This document shows positions 14,601 to 26,745 of a stretch of 64,000 nt of DNA, in pieces (the stretch's first letter is position 1; the number at the start of each line of letters is the position of its first letter). The stretch spans positions 158,537-222,536 of the forward strand of contig NIVC01001913.1 in the NCBI GenBank assembly GCA_002269645.1. Reading direction: 5' to 3'. Under the pieces are notes generated by a model. It saw nothing but the letters and a program-made list of their open reading frames with translations, searched no databases and was not told the DNA's origin. Source of the stretch: Macrostomum lignano (lineage: Eukaryota). The position numbers were made by a program, and so were the translations under genes.

Positions 14601-17600
14601 TGAAAATGAGACAGGGATTGAGAGTGAGACAGAGATTGAGAGTGAGACAGAGATTGAGAGTGAGACAGAGATTGAAAATGAGACAGGGATTGAGAGTGAG
14701 ACAGAGATTGAGAGTGAGTCAGAGATTGAGAGTGAGACAGAGATTGAGAGTGAGACAGGGATTGAGAGTGAGACAGAGATTGAGAGTGAGACAGAGATTG
14801 AGAGTGAGACAGAGATTGAAAATGAGACAGGGATTGAGAGTGAGACAGAGATTGAGAGTGAGACAGGGATTGAGAGTGAGACAGAGATTGAGAGTGAGAC
14901 AGAGATTGAGAGTGAGACAGAGATTGAGAGTGAGACAGAGATTGAGAGTGAGACAGAGATTGAGAGTGAGACAGAGATTGAGAGTGAGACAGAGATTGAG
15001 AGTGAGACAGAGATTGAGAGTGAGACAGAGATTGAGAGTGAGTCAGAGATTGAGAGTGAAACAGAGATTGAGAGTGAGGCAGAGATTGAGAGTGAGACAG
15101 AGATTGAGAGTGAGACAGGGATTGAGAGTGAGACAGAGATTGAGAGTGAGTCAGAGATTGAGAGTGAGACTGTGGGTGAGAGTGAGACAGTGGGTGAGAG
15201 TGAGACATTGGGAGAGTGAGACAGTGGGTGAGAGTGAGACAGTGGGTGAGAGTGAGACAGTGGGTGAGAGTGAGACAGTGGGTGAGGGTGAGACAGTGGG
15301 TGAGAGTGAGACAGAGATTGAAAATGAGACAGGGATTGAGAGTGAGACAGAGATTGAGAGTGAGACAGAGATTGAGAGTGAGACAGAGATTGAAAATGAG
15401 ACAGGGATTGAGAGTGAGACAGAGATTGAGAGTGAAACAGAGATTGAGAGTGAGACAGAGATTGAAAATGAGACAGGGATTGAGAGTGAGACAGAGATTG
15501 AGAGTGAGACAGAGATTGAGAGTGAGTCAGAGATTGAGAGTGAGGCAGAGATTGAGAGTGAGACAGAGATTGAGAGTGAGTCAGAGATTGAGAGTGAGAC
15601 AGAGATTGAGAGTGAGTCAGAGATTGAGAGTGAGACAGAGATTGAGAGTGAGGCAGAGATTGAGAGTGAGACAGAGATTGAGAGTGAGACAGAGATTGAG
15701 AGTGAGACAGAGATTGAGAGTGAGACAGAGATTGAGAGTGAGACAGAGATTGAGAGTGAGACAGAGATTGAGAGTGAGACAGAGATTGCGAGTGAGACAG
15801 AGATTGAGAGTGAGACAGAGATTGAGAGTGAGACAGAGATTGAGAGTGAGACAGAGATTGAGAGTGAGACAGAGATTGAGAGTGAACAGAGATTGAGAGT
15901 GAGACAGAGATTGAGAGTGAAACAGAGATTGAAAATGAGACAGGGATTGAGAGTGAGACAGAGATTGAGAGTGAGTCAGAGATTGAGAGTGAGACAGAGA
16001 TTGAGAGTGAGGCAGAGATTGAGAGTGAGACAGAGATTGAGAGTGAGACAGGGATTGAGAGTGAGACAGAGATTGAGAGTGAGTCAGAGATTGAGAGTGA
16101 GGCAGAGATTGAGAGTGAGACAGAGATTGAGAGTGAGACAGAGATTGAGAGTGAGACAGAGATTGAGAGTGAGACAGAGATTGAGAGTGAGTCAGAGATT
16201 GAGAGTGAGACAGGGATTGAGAGTGAGACAGAGATTGAGAGTGAGACAGGGATTGAGAGTGAGACAGAGATTGAGAGTGAGACAGGGATTGAGAGTGAGT
16301 CAGAGATTGAGAGTGAGGCAGAGATTGAGAGTGAGACAGAGATTGAGAGTGAGTCAGAGATTGAGAGTGAGACAGAGATTGAGAGTGAGGCAGAGATTGA
16401 AAGTGAGACAGAGATTGAGAGTGAGACAGAGATTGAGAGTGAGTCAGAGATTGAGAGTGAGACAGAGATTGAAAGTGAGACAGAGATTGAGAATGAGACA
16501 GAGATTGAGAGTGAGACAGAGATTGAGAGTGAGACAGAGATTGAGAGTGAGACAGAGATTGAGAGTGAGACAGAGATTGAGAGTGAGACAGAGATTGAGA
16601 GTGAGGCAGAGATTGAGAGTGAAACAGAGATTGAGAGTGAGACAGAGATTGAGAGTGAAACAGAGATTGAAAAAGAGACAGGGATTGAGAGTGAGACAGA
16701 GATTGAGAGTGAGTCAGAGATTGAGAGTGAGTCAGAGATTGAGAGTGAGGCAGAGATTGAGAGTGAGACAGAGATTGAGAGTGAGTCAGAGATTGAGAGT
16801 GAGACAGAGATTGAGAGTGAGGCAGAGATTGAGAGTGAGACAGAGATTGAGAGTGAGACAGGGATTGAGAGTGAGACAGAGATTGAGAGTGAGACAGAGA
16901 TTGAGAGTGAGACAGAGATTGAGAGTGAGACAGAGATTGAGAGTGAGACAGAGATTGAGAGTGAGACAGAGACTGAGAGTGAGTCAGAGATTGAGAGTGA
17001 GACAGAGATTGAGAGTGAGTCAGAGATTGAGAGTGAGTCAGAGATTGAGAGTGAGTCAGAGATTGAGAGTGAGACAGAGATTGAGAGTGAGGCAGAGATT
17101 GAGAGTGAGACAGAGATTGAGAGTGAGACAGGGATTGAGAGTGAGACAGAGATTGAGAGTGAGACAGAGATTGAGAGTGAGACAGAGATTGAGAGTGAGA
17201 CAGAGATTGAGAGTGAGACAGAGATTGAGAGTGAGTCAGAGATTGAGAGTGAGACAGAGATTGAGAGTGAGGCAGAGATTGAGAGTGAGACAGAGATTGA
17301 GAGTGAGACAGGATTGAGAGTGAGACAGAGATTGAGAGTGAGTCAGAGATTGAGAGTGAGACAGAGATTGAGAGTGAGACAGAGATTGAGAGTGAGACAG
17401 AGATTGAGAGTGAGACAGAGATTGAGAGTGAGACAGAGATTGAGAGTGAGACAGAGATTGAGAGTGAGACAGAGATTGAGAGTGAGACAGAGATTGAGAG
17501 TGAGACAGAGATTGAGAGTGAGACAGAGATTGAGAGTGAGACAGAGATTGAGAGTGAGACAGAGATTGAGAGTGAGACAGAGATTGAGAGTGAGACAGAG

Positions 17601-20223
17601 ATTGAGAGTGAGACAGAGATTGAGAGTGAGACAGGGATTGAGAGTGAGACAGAGATTGAGAGTGAGACAGGGATTGAGAGTGAGTCAGAGATTGAGAGTG
17701 AGGCAGAGATTGAGAGTGAGACAGAGATTGAGAGTGAGTCAGAGATTGAGAGTGAGACAGAGATTGAGAGTGAGGCAGAGATTGAGAGTGAGACAGAGAT
17801 TGAGAGTGAGACAGGGATTGAGAGTGAGACAGAGATTGAGAGTGAGACAGAGATTGAGAGTGAGACAGAGATTGAGAATGAGACAGAGATTGAGAGTGAG
17901 ACAGAGATTGAGAGTGAGACAGGGATTGAGAGTGAGACAGAGATTGAGAGTGAGACAGAGATTGAGAGTGAGACAGAGATTGAGAGTGAGTCAGAGATTG
18001 AGAGTGAAACAGAGATTGAGAGTGAGACAGAGATTGAGAGTGAAACAGAGATTGAAAAAGAGACAGGGATTGAGAGTGAGACAGAGATTGAGAGTGAGTC
18101 AGAGATTGAGAGTGAGACAGAGATTGAGAGTGAGGCAGAGATTGAGAGTGAGTCAGAGATTGAGAGTGAGACAGGGATTGAGAGTGAGTCAGAGATTGAG
18201 AGTGAGTCAGAGATTGAGAGTGAGGCAGAGATTGAGAGTGAGACAGAGATTGAGAGTGAGACAGAGATTGAGAGTGAGACAGAGATTGAGAGTGAGACAG
18301 AGATTCAGAGTGAGACAGAGATTGAAAATGAGACAGGGATTGAGAGTGAGACAGAGATTGAGAGTGAGTCAGAGATTGAGAGTGAGACAGGGATTGAGAG
18401 TGAGACAGGGATTGAGAGTGAGTCAGAGATTGAGAGTGGGACAGAGATTGAGAGTGAGACAGAGATTGAGAGTGAGACAGGGATTCAGAGTGAGTCAGAG
18501 ATTGAGAGTGAGACAGAGATTGAGAGTGAGACAGGGATTGAGAGTGAGACAGAGATTGAGAGTGAGACAGAGATTGAGAGTGAGACAGAGATTGAAAATG
18601 AGACAGGAATTGAGAGTGAGACAGAGATTGAGAGTGAGTCAGAGATTGAGAGTGAGACAGAGATTGAAAATGAGACAGGGATTGAGAGTGAGACAGAGAT
18701 TGAGAGTGAGACAGAGATTGAGAGTGAGACAGAGATTGAAAATGAGACAGGGATTGAGAGTGAGACAGAGATTGAGAGTGAGACAGAGATTGAGAGTGAG
18801 ACAGAGATTGAGAGTGAGACAGAGATTGAGAGTGAGACAGAGATTGAGAGTGAGACAGAGATTGAGAGTGAGACAGAGATTGAGAGTGAACAGAGATTGA
18901 GAGTGAGGCAGAGATTGAGAGTGAGACAGAGATTGAGAGTGAGACAGGGATTGAGAGTGAGACAGAGATTGAGAGTGAGTCAGAGATTGAGAGTGAGACT
19001 GTGGGTGAGAGTGAGACAGTGGGTGAGAGTGAGACATTGGGTGAGAGTGAGACAGTGGGTGAGAGTGAGACAGTGGGTGAGAGTGAGACAGGGGTGAGAG
19101 TGAGTCAGAGATTGAGAGTGAGGCAGAGATTGAGAGTGAGACAGAGATTGAGAGTGAGTCAGAGATTGAGAGTGAGACAGAGATTGAGAGTGAGACAGAG
19201 ATTGAGAGTGAGACAGAGATTGAGAGTGAGACAGAGATTGAGAGTGAGACAGAGATTGAGAGTGAGACAGAGATTGAGAGTGAGACAGAGATTGAGAGTG
19301 AGACAGAGATTGAGAGTGAGACAGAGATTGAGAGTGAGACAGAGATTGAGAGTGAGACAGAGATTGAGAGTGAGACAGAGATTGAGAGTGAGACAGAGAT
19401 TGAGAGTGAGACAGAGATTGAGAGTGAGACAGAGATTGAGAGTGAGTCAGAGATTGAGAGTGAGACAGAGATTGAGTGAGGCAGAGATTGAGAGTGAGAC
19501 AGAGATTGAAGTGAGACAGGGATTGAGAGTGAGACAGAGATTGAGAGTGAGTCAGAGATTGAGAGTGAGACAGAGATTGAGAGTGAGACAGCAGAGATTG
19601 AGAGTGAGACAGAGATTGAAGAGTGAGACAGGGATTGAGAGTGAGACAGAGATTGAGAGTGAGTCAGAGATTGAGAGTGAGACAGAGATTGAGAGTGAGA
19701 CAGAGATTGAGAGTGAGACAGAGATTGAGAGTGAGACAGGGATTGAGAGTGAGACAGAGATTGAGAGTGAGTCAGAGATTGAGAGTGAGACAGAGATTGA
19801 GAGTGAGACAGAGATTGAGAGTGAGACAGAGATTGAGAGTGAGACAGAGATTGAGAGTGAGACAGAGATTGAGAGTGAGACAGAGATTGAGAGTGAGACA
19901 GAGATTGAGAGTGAGACAGAGATTGAGAGTGAGACAGAGATTGAGAGTGAGACAGAGATTGAGAGTGAGACAGAGATTGAGAGTGAGACAGAGATTGAGA
20001 GTGAGACAGAGATTGAGAGTGAGACAGAGATTGAGAGTGAGACAGAGATTGAGAGTGAGACAGAGATTGAGAGTGAGACAGAGATTGAGAGTGAGACAGA
20101 GATTGAGAGTGAGACAGAGATTGAGAGTGAGACAGAGATTGAGAGTGAGACAGAGATTGAGAGTGAGTCAGAGATTGAGAGTGAGACAGAGATTGAGAGT
20201 GAGGCAGAGATTGAGAGTGAGAC
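8632..20223. repeat. 18-bp purine-rich satellite, main array (~11.6 kb) with higher-order variant blocks
   Basis: Unit GAGACAGAGATTGAGAGT; variant blocks of GAGACAGTGGGTGAGAGT start at 8652, 8976, 11566, 11890, 14446, 15166 and 18995. Confidence 0.97.
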
Positions 20224-21125
20224 TGTAGTGCATGCGCCCTTGTCAGTTGGCAGGGCGCGTTGCACTTTGGGGCTGGTTGGGGGGGTTGGCGGGCGTGGCA
20301 GGGTTTGGCCGCCGGCCGGGCTTTGCGCGTGCCCCTCCCCAGCCGTGCCCCTGCCCCGTGCTCAGGGCTGGTTGGCTGCGGCCGGGCCAGCTTTGGCGCG
20401 GGTGCTGCCCCTCCCCCCTTAGGCGGGGTTTTGATTGGCTGGGCCGGCGTGGTTTGTTTTGGTGAGCTTAGCCGGTGGGGCCGTCTGCCCCAGGGTTTGG
20501 GTGCTATTTATGGTGCGACTCTGGCTCTTGCCCACCTCCTGCGTGCTTTTTGTGTTTTGGTGTGCTCCGAGAGTGCAAGCGCGAGACCTGATAAAAGAAA
20601 CAGCAACATTAGCTACTTCGATAAAAGAAACAGCAACATTAGCTACTTCGATAAAAGAAACACAATAGCCTAATTGAGAAGAGTCTTGGAGAATTAAGAA
20701 GAAGTCGGAAACTGCGCTTGAGACCTGCGAATAATAAACGGGGAACAGTCATCTGGCCACTGGTAAGCCGCCTGCTGTTTGAGTCCTTTCTTTTCGGGAA
20801 GCTTGCTAGGCCGAATTCTTGCCAGAGCGTCATAACGCCGGGAGACCACATAGCTTCTGTAGTACGGTACCGTTTACCATATATATTGCGTACGCCCTAC
20901 GGTATAGAGAATAGAAGCACTCAAGAGTGTCACCATACCTCGAGCCGCAGCGTGAACTCTGAGTGTCACAACACCAGAGGGATCGAATTATTATCGCAGA
21001 GCGTCGCCACGCCTGCTCGTCGTATTCATAAAAGTACAGACAGAGCGTCACAACGTCTGTTATATCACATATAATATATATATTGTACTCGGGACTGGGC
21101 ACCCAAGCCGACCCGGGTTACAACA
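20224..21125. mobile_element. Probable solo LTR (Ty3/Gypsy-like), 902 bp, inserted in the satellite
   Basis: Unique sequence with termini TGTAGT...ACAACA (TG..CA, imperfect inverted repeat), flanked by a 4-bp direct repeat AGAC (20220-20223 and 21126-21129). The satellite resumes in register afterwards. Internal AATAAA near 20733 and a ~2.7x 30-bp internal tandem. No coding potential recognised. Confidence 0.65.
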
Positions 21126-22430
21126 AGACAGAGATTGAGAGTGAGACAGAGATTGAGAGTGAGACAGAGATTGAGAGTGAGACAGGGATTGAGAGTGAGA
21201 CAGAGATTGAGAGTGAGTCAGAGATTGAGAGTGAGGCAGAGATTGAGAGTGAGACAGAGATTGAGAGTGAGACAGAGATTGAGAGTGAGACAGAGATTGA
21301 GAGTGAGACAGAGATTGAGAGTGAGACAGAGATTGAGAGTGAGACAGAGATTGAGAGTGAGACAGAGATTGAGAGTGAAACAGAGATTGAGAGTGAGACA
21401 GAGATTGAGAGTGAGACAGAGATTGAGAGTGAAACAGAGATTGAGAGTGAGACAGAGATTGAGAGTGAAACAGAGATTGAGAGTGAGACAGAGATTGAGA
21501 GTGAGACAGAGATTGGGAGTGAGACAGAGATTGAGAGTGAGACAGAGATTGAAAATGAGACAGGGATTGAGAGTGAGACAGAGATTGAGAGTGAGTCAGA
21601 GATTGAGAGTGAGACAGAGATTGAGAGTGAGGCAGAGATTGAGAGTGAGACAGGGATTGAGAGTGAGACAGAGATTGAGAGTGAGTCAGAGATTGAGAGT
21701 GAGGCAGAGATTGAGAGTGAGACAGAGATTGAGAGTGAGACAGAGATTGAGAGTGAGACAGAGATTGAGAGTGAGACAGAGATTGAGAGTGAGACAGGGA
21801 TTGAGAGTGAGACAGAGATTGAGAGTGAGACAGAGATTGAGAGTGAGACAGGGATTGAGAGTGAGACAGAGATTGAGAGTGAGACAGAGATTGAGAGTGA
21901 GACAGAGATTGAAAATGAGACAGGGATTGAGAGTGAGACAGAGATTGAGAGTGAGTCAGAGATTGAGAGTGAGGCAGAGATTGAGAGTGAGACAGAGATT
22001 GAGAGTGAGACAGAGATTGAGAGTGAGACAGGGATTGAGAGTGAGACAGAGATTGAGAGTGAGACAGAGATTGAGAGTGAGACAGGGATTGAGAGTGAGA
22101 CAGAGATTGAGAGTGAGACAGAGATTGAGAGTGAAACAGAGATTGAGATTGAGACAGAGATTGAGAGTGAGACAGAGATTGAGAGTGAGACAGAGATTGA
22201 GAGTGAGACAGGGATTGAGAGTGAGACAGAGATTGAGAGTGAGACAGAGATTGAGAGTGAGACAGGGATTGAGAGTGAGACAGAGATTGAGAGTGAGACA
22301 GAGATTGAGAGTGAAACAGAGATTGAGATTGAGACAGAGATTTAGAGTGAGACAGAGATTGAGAGTGAGTCAGAGATTGAGAGTGAGGCAGAGATTGAGA
22401 GTGAGACAGAGAGTGAGGCAGAGACAGAGA
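21126..22430. repeat. 18-bp satellite, continuation after the insertion
   Basis: Same GAGACAGAGATTGAGAGT unit. Confidence 0.95.
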
Positions 22431-23221
22431 CAGAAAGTCAGGGTTGCAGTACAGCCTGTGTGCATGAGTGCAGTGCTTGCGTACAGTATTGGTGCGCTTG
22501 AAAGTGCTCAGGAGTCAGTGGAACGGGCAGAACTGCCTCAGAGCTGGTTGTGGGACCGATGTCAACGAAGGCCACCTGTGAATAGTTATCTTCCATCAAT
22601 TATATCATTCTCTTATGACAAGCAACAGAACGCTGCACTTTTATCGTTGGCAACAAGGACATTTTCTTTTTATAGCCAGCAAGGAAAGGCCCTCATCAAA
22701 ATCTTTCTCATCTGCAGCTCCGCCCTCTGGTTGACCGGATTTCGGCTAAGAATCGTTGCTGGGCAAAGCAGTCTCTCGAAGAAGGCTGATATGGCGGATA
22801 AAACCAGCGGATGAAAAGAAGTTAAGTGGGGCTCTGGACTCGCTTCGGCCTCTCAAATGTATCTATATATTTTTTCCTTGTTGCCCCACCCCACCGAGCG
22901 CGTGCGCTCTTCCGGCCGAGGAAATCGAGAAGCCGCCCGCTGGCTTCATCAGAGTCTCCTTCTGCTGCTCTGCGGAGCTCTCTCTGCTTCTGTTTGAGGA
23001 CTCTCTCCAGGCTATTCAACTGCCTGAGCCCAATTTGCCTTATGCAATTCTGCTCAGGATTTCGGTGCTTGCGTGTACCCTATTGCGAACGATACCTGCC
23101 TGCGGGAGATACACGCAGACGGGGATGCCGCTTCCCTGGATTTAAGCGCTTAGAAAAATTCTCCCCGATTTACACCGAGAGCATTTGATGGACTGACAGG
23201 AAGTAAATCAAGGTCACGTGT

Positions 23222-24560
23222 GTGAGAGTGAGACAGAGGGGGAGAGTGAGACATTGGGTGAGAGTGAGCCAGTGGGTGAGAGTGAGACATTGGGTGAGAG
23301 TGAGCCAGTGGGTGAGAGTAAGACAGTGGGGTGAGGGGGAGACAGAGATTGAGAGTGAGACAGTGGGTGAGAGTGAGACATTGGGTGAGAGTGAGACAGT
23401 GAGTGAGAGTTAGATAGTGGGTGAGAGTAAGACAGAGGGGAGAGTGAGACAGAGGGGGAGAGTGAGACAGTGGGTGAGAGTGAGACAGAGGGGGAGAGTG
23501 AGACAGTGGGTGAGGGGGAGACATTGGGTGAGAGTGAGACAGTGGGTGAGAGTGAGACATTGGGTGAGAGTGAGACAGTGGGGGAGAGTGAGACACATTG
23601 GGTGAGAGTGAGACAGAGGGTGAGAGTGAGACATTGGTTGAGAGTGAGACAGTGGGTGAGAGTGAGACATTGGGTGAGAGTGAGATATTGGGTGAGAGTG
23701 AGACAGAGGGTGAGAGTGAGACATTGGTTGAGAGTGAGACAATGGTTGAGAGTGAGACAGAGGGTGAGAGTGAGACATTGGGTGAGAGTGAGCCAGTGGG
23801 TGAGAGTAAGACAGTGGGGTGAGGGGGAGACAGAGATTGAGAGTGAGACAGTGGGTGAGAGTGAGACATTGGGTGAGAGTGAGACAGTGAGTGAGAGTTA
23901 GATAGTGGGTGAGAGTAAGACAGAGGGGAGAGTGAGACAGAGGGGGAGAGTGAGACAGTGGGTGAGAGTGAGACAGAGGGGGAGAGTGAGACAGTGGGTG
24001 AGGGGGAGACATTGGGTGAGAGTGAGACAGTGGGTGAGAGTGAGACATTGGGTGAGAGTGAGACAGTGGGGGAGAGTGAGACATTGGGTGAGAGTGAGAC
24101 AGAGGGTGAGAGTGAGACATTGGTTGAGAGTGAGACAGTGGGTGAGAGTGAGACATTGGGTGAGAGTGAGATATTGGGTGAGAGTGAGACAGAGGGTGAG
24201 AGTGAGACATTGGTTGAGAGTGAGACAATGGTTGAGAGTGAGACAGAGGGTGAGAGTGAGACATTGGGTGAGAGTGATACATTGGGTGAGAGTGAGACAG
24301 TGAGTGAGAGTGAGACATTGGGTGAGAGTGAGACAGAGGGTGAGAGTGAGACATTGGGTGAGAGTGAGACAGAGGGTGAGAGTGAGACATTGGGTGAGAG
24401 TGAGACCGAGGGTGAGAGTGATACATTGGGTGAGAGTGAGACAGTGAGTGAGAGTGAGACATTGGGTGAGAGTGAGACAGAGGGGGAGAGTGAGACATTG
24501 GGTGAGAGTGAGACAGAGGGTGAGAGTGAGACATTGGGTGAGAGTGAGCCAGTGGGTGAG
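23222..24560. repeat. 18-bp satellite, variant array
   Basis: Units GAGACAGTGGGTGAGAGT, GAGACATTGGGTGAGAGT and GAGACAGAGGGTGAGAGT. Confidence 0.93.
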
Positions 24561-25261
24561 AACCAAAGCCAAATTGCAGGCTCATTCCCTGAGGCTTGGA
24601 TTCTCTCCGACTCGAGCCGGGACGTCCGTGCGTGACGGCGCATACGAGGGGGGCTGCGTTGTTGTCCGCTCGTCCCCCTCAGCCTCCCAGGGCACCTACT
24701 TAAACCTGGCCTCATCGCTACTCAGTCAGCTGCTGCCCCCGCACTCCGCACCTCACTCCTGCCACGTTTTGGTTTGGTTGGCTGGGCGGCGTGGGGGCGG
24801 CGGCGAGATGAGTTCATCTCAGGTCAAGCTTTGCCGCGCCTTCTCTTATTCAGCCCTGGATGAGCAGCTGGGGCTGGCCTGGATCGGGAGGGGGCGGTTC
24901 TGCCTGGGGTTTGAGCTTCTGTCCCTCAATCACTTTCCCAATCCTCCCAAGCAGTCGCAGTTGAGATGAGCTCACTTTTCTTACTTTTAAAGAGCTGCCA
25001 TTAAAGCCCCTTTCTCCTTCTCGCCTTAAATTTGCTTTTGCACGCCTCCGTGATACCGCCCGCCTCACACGGAAGCTCTCTAATTACTCTTGCTTTATGA
25101 GGCTTCGGTTCTTCAAGATCTCTTGGATGTCCCAGGCAGTGCTGCATACATTTTGAAAACAGCCATGAGTGGCAAATTGCAGTAGTATACAGTTTTTGCT
25201 AATTTTTTACAATTTTAGCAATGTCCGCGCACCATAGCTACAATGATGCGAAGGAAGAAAA

Positions 25262-26045
25262 TGACTAAAAATAGTGATCAACAATGACTTATAATAGTGA
25301 TCAACAATGACTGAAAATAGTGATCAACAATGACTTATAATAGTGATTAACAATGACTGAAAATAGTGATCAACAATGACTGAAAATAGTGATCAACAAT
25401 GACTGAAAATAGTGATCAACAATGACTGAAAATAGTGATCAACAATGACTGAAAATAGTGATCAACAATGACTGAAAATAGTGATCAACAATGACCGAAA
25501 ATAGTGATCAACAATGACTGAAAATAGTGATCAACAGTGACTGAAAATAGTGATCAACAATGACTGAAAATAGTGATCAACAATGACTGAAAATAGTGAT
25601 CAACAATGACTGAAAATATTGATCAACAATGACCGAAAGTAGTGATCAACAATGACTAAAATAGTGATCAACAATGACTGAAAATAGTGATCAACAATGA
25701 CTGAAAATAGTGATCAACAATGACTGAAAATAGTGATCAACAATGACTGAAAATATTGATCAACAATGACCGAAAATACGAGTTGGTGATCAACAATGAC
25801 CGAAGATATGAGTTGGTGATCAACAATGACCGAAGATATGAGTTGGTGATCAACAATGACCGAAGATATGAGTTGGTGATCAACAATGACCGAAGATATG
25901 AGTTGGTGATCAACAATGACCGAAGATACGAGTTGGTGATCAACAATGACCGAAGATATGAGTTGGTGATCAACAATGACCGAAGATACGAGTTGGTGAT
26001 CAACAATGACCGAAGATACGAGTTGGTGATCAACAATGACCGAAA
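25262..26045. repeat. Compound minisatellite: 23-bp array switching to a 30-bp array at ~25770
   Basis: AATGACTGAAAATAGTGATCAAC, then GATCAACAATGACCGAAGATATGAGTTGGT; shared core GTGATCAACAATGAC. Confidence 0.92.
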
Positions 26046-26745
26046 TGAATGGCACTAACCGAAAAGTACAGAGCAATTTTCAATTTGGCAGTCATGCCGC
26101 CTGCAATGCATGACTGTCGAGAAGCCGCTGCCACAATGCGAATAAAAAGAATTCTTAATTGAACTCTTTGAATCTGGAATATAATCAGATAGCCGGGTAG
26201 TCAGGCCGGCCTCCCACGCTGAAGTCAAGAGTCTTGTCCTTTGTCTTCGCTAATGGACCCAACTGTATCGTTGCATTAGGAAAATTTCATTTTTTTCGCC
26301 TCCGCCCACAAAGTCTTGGATAAAAGCCAAGTCTGCTGACTCTCCACTTCCTTCTTTTAAACCTCCATCTTTGTTGCGACCCAACCCCGTGGCGTCAACG
26401 TTTGCAATTGCGCAGCGCTGGGCGACTTTCTTGTCAATTGGGAATCGGGCCGGCTATAGAGCTGGCCGGCTTTTATCCGCCCCCTGCTATTCCCCTCACC
26501 CCCTCCCCGACCCACCGTATTCAGCACTCCCTACACCCTCCATCACAGCCGTCCCTTCTTCCCCAACCACCAATCCATCCCCAGCGTCCCCTCCCTGGCC
26601 GCCCCTCCCCCCAACCCCGAGTGCCTCGCCAGCACCCCCACCATGGACTATTTTAGCGGCACCGGGGGCGCTCCGCCGCTGCCCCAGCTGTTCTGTTATC
26701 CCGCTGCCTCCGCCCACGCATCCACCACCGCAGCCTGTCAGTCTG

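Noticed and set aside
8541-22814. Giant ORFs (ETEIES / RQRLRV / SHSQSL repeats, up to 2260 aa) as a repetitive structural or adhesive protein
   Set aside because: The 18-bp unit simply lacks stops in several frames. Indels switch frames repeatedly (e.g. ~9599, 11001, 15211, 15886, 17311, 18890), there is no signal peptide or unique domain, and a probable LTR interrupts the array.
26371-26745. 125-aa Pro-rich N-terminal extension of the GPCR ORF
   Set aside because: It starts at a non-ATG codon and is C-rich low complexity; AG acceptor-like sites lie just before ATG 26746. More likely intron or UTR.
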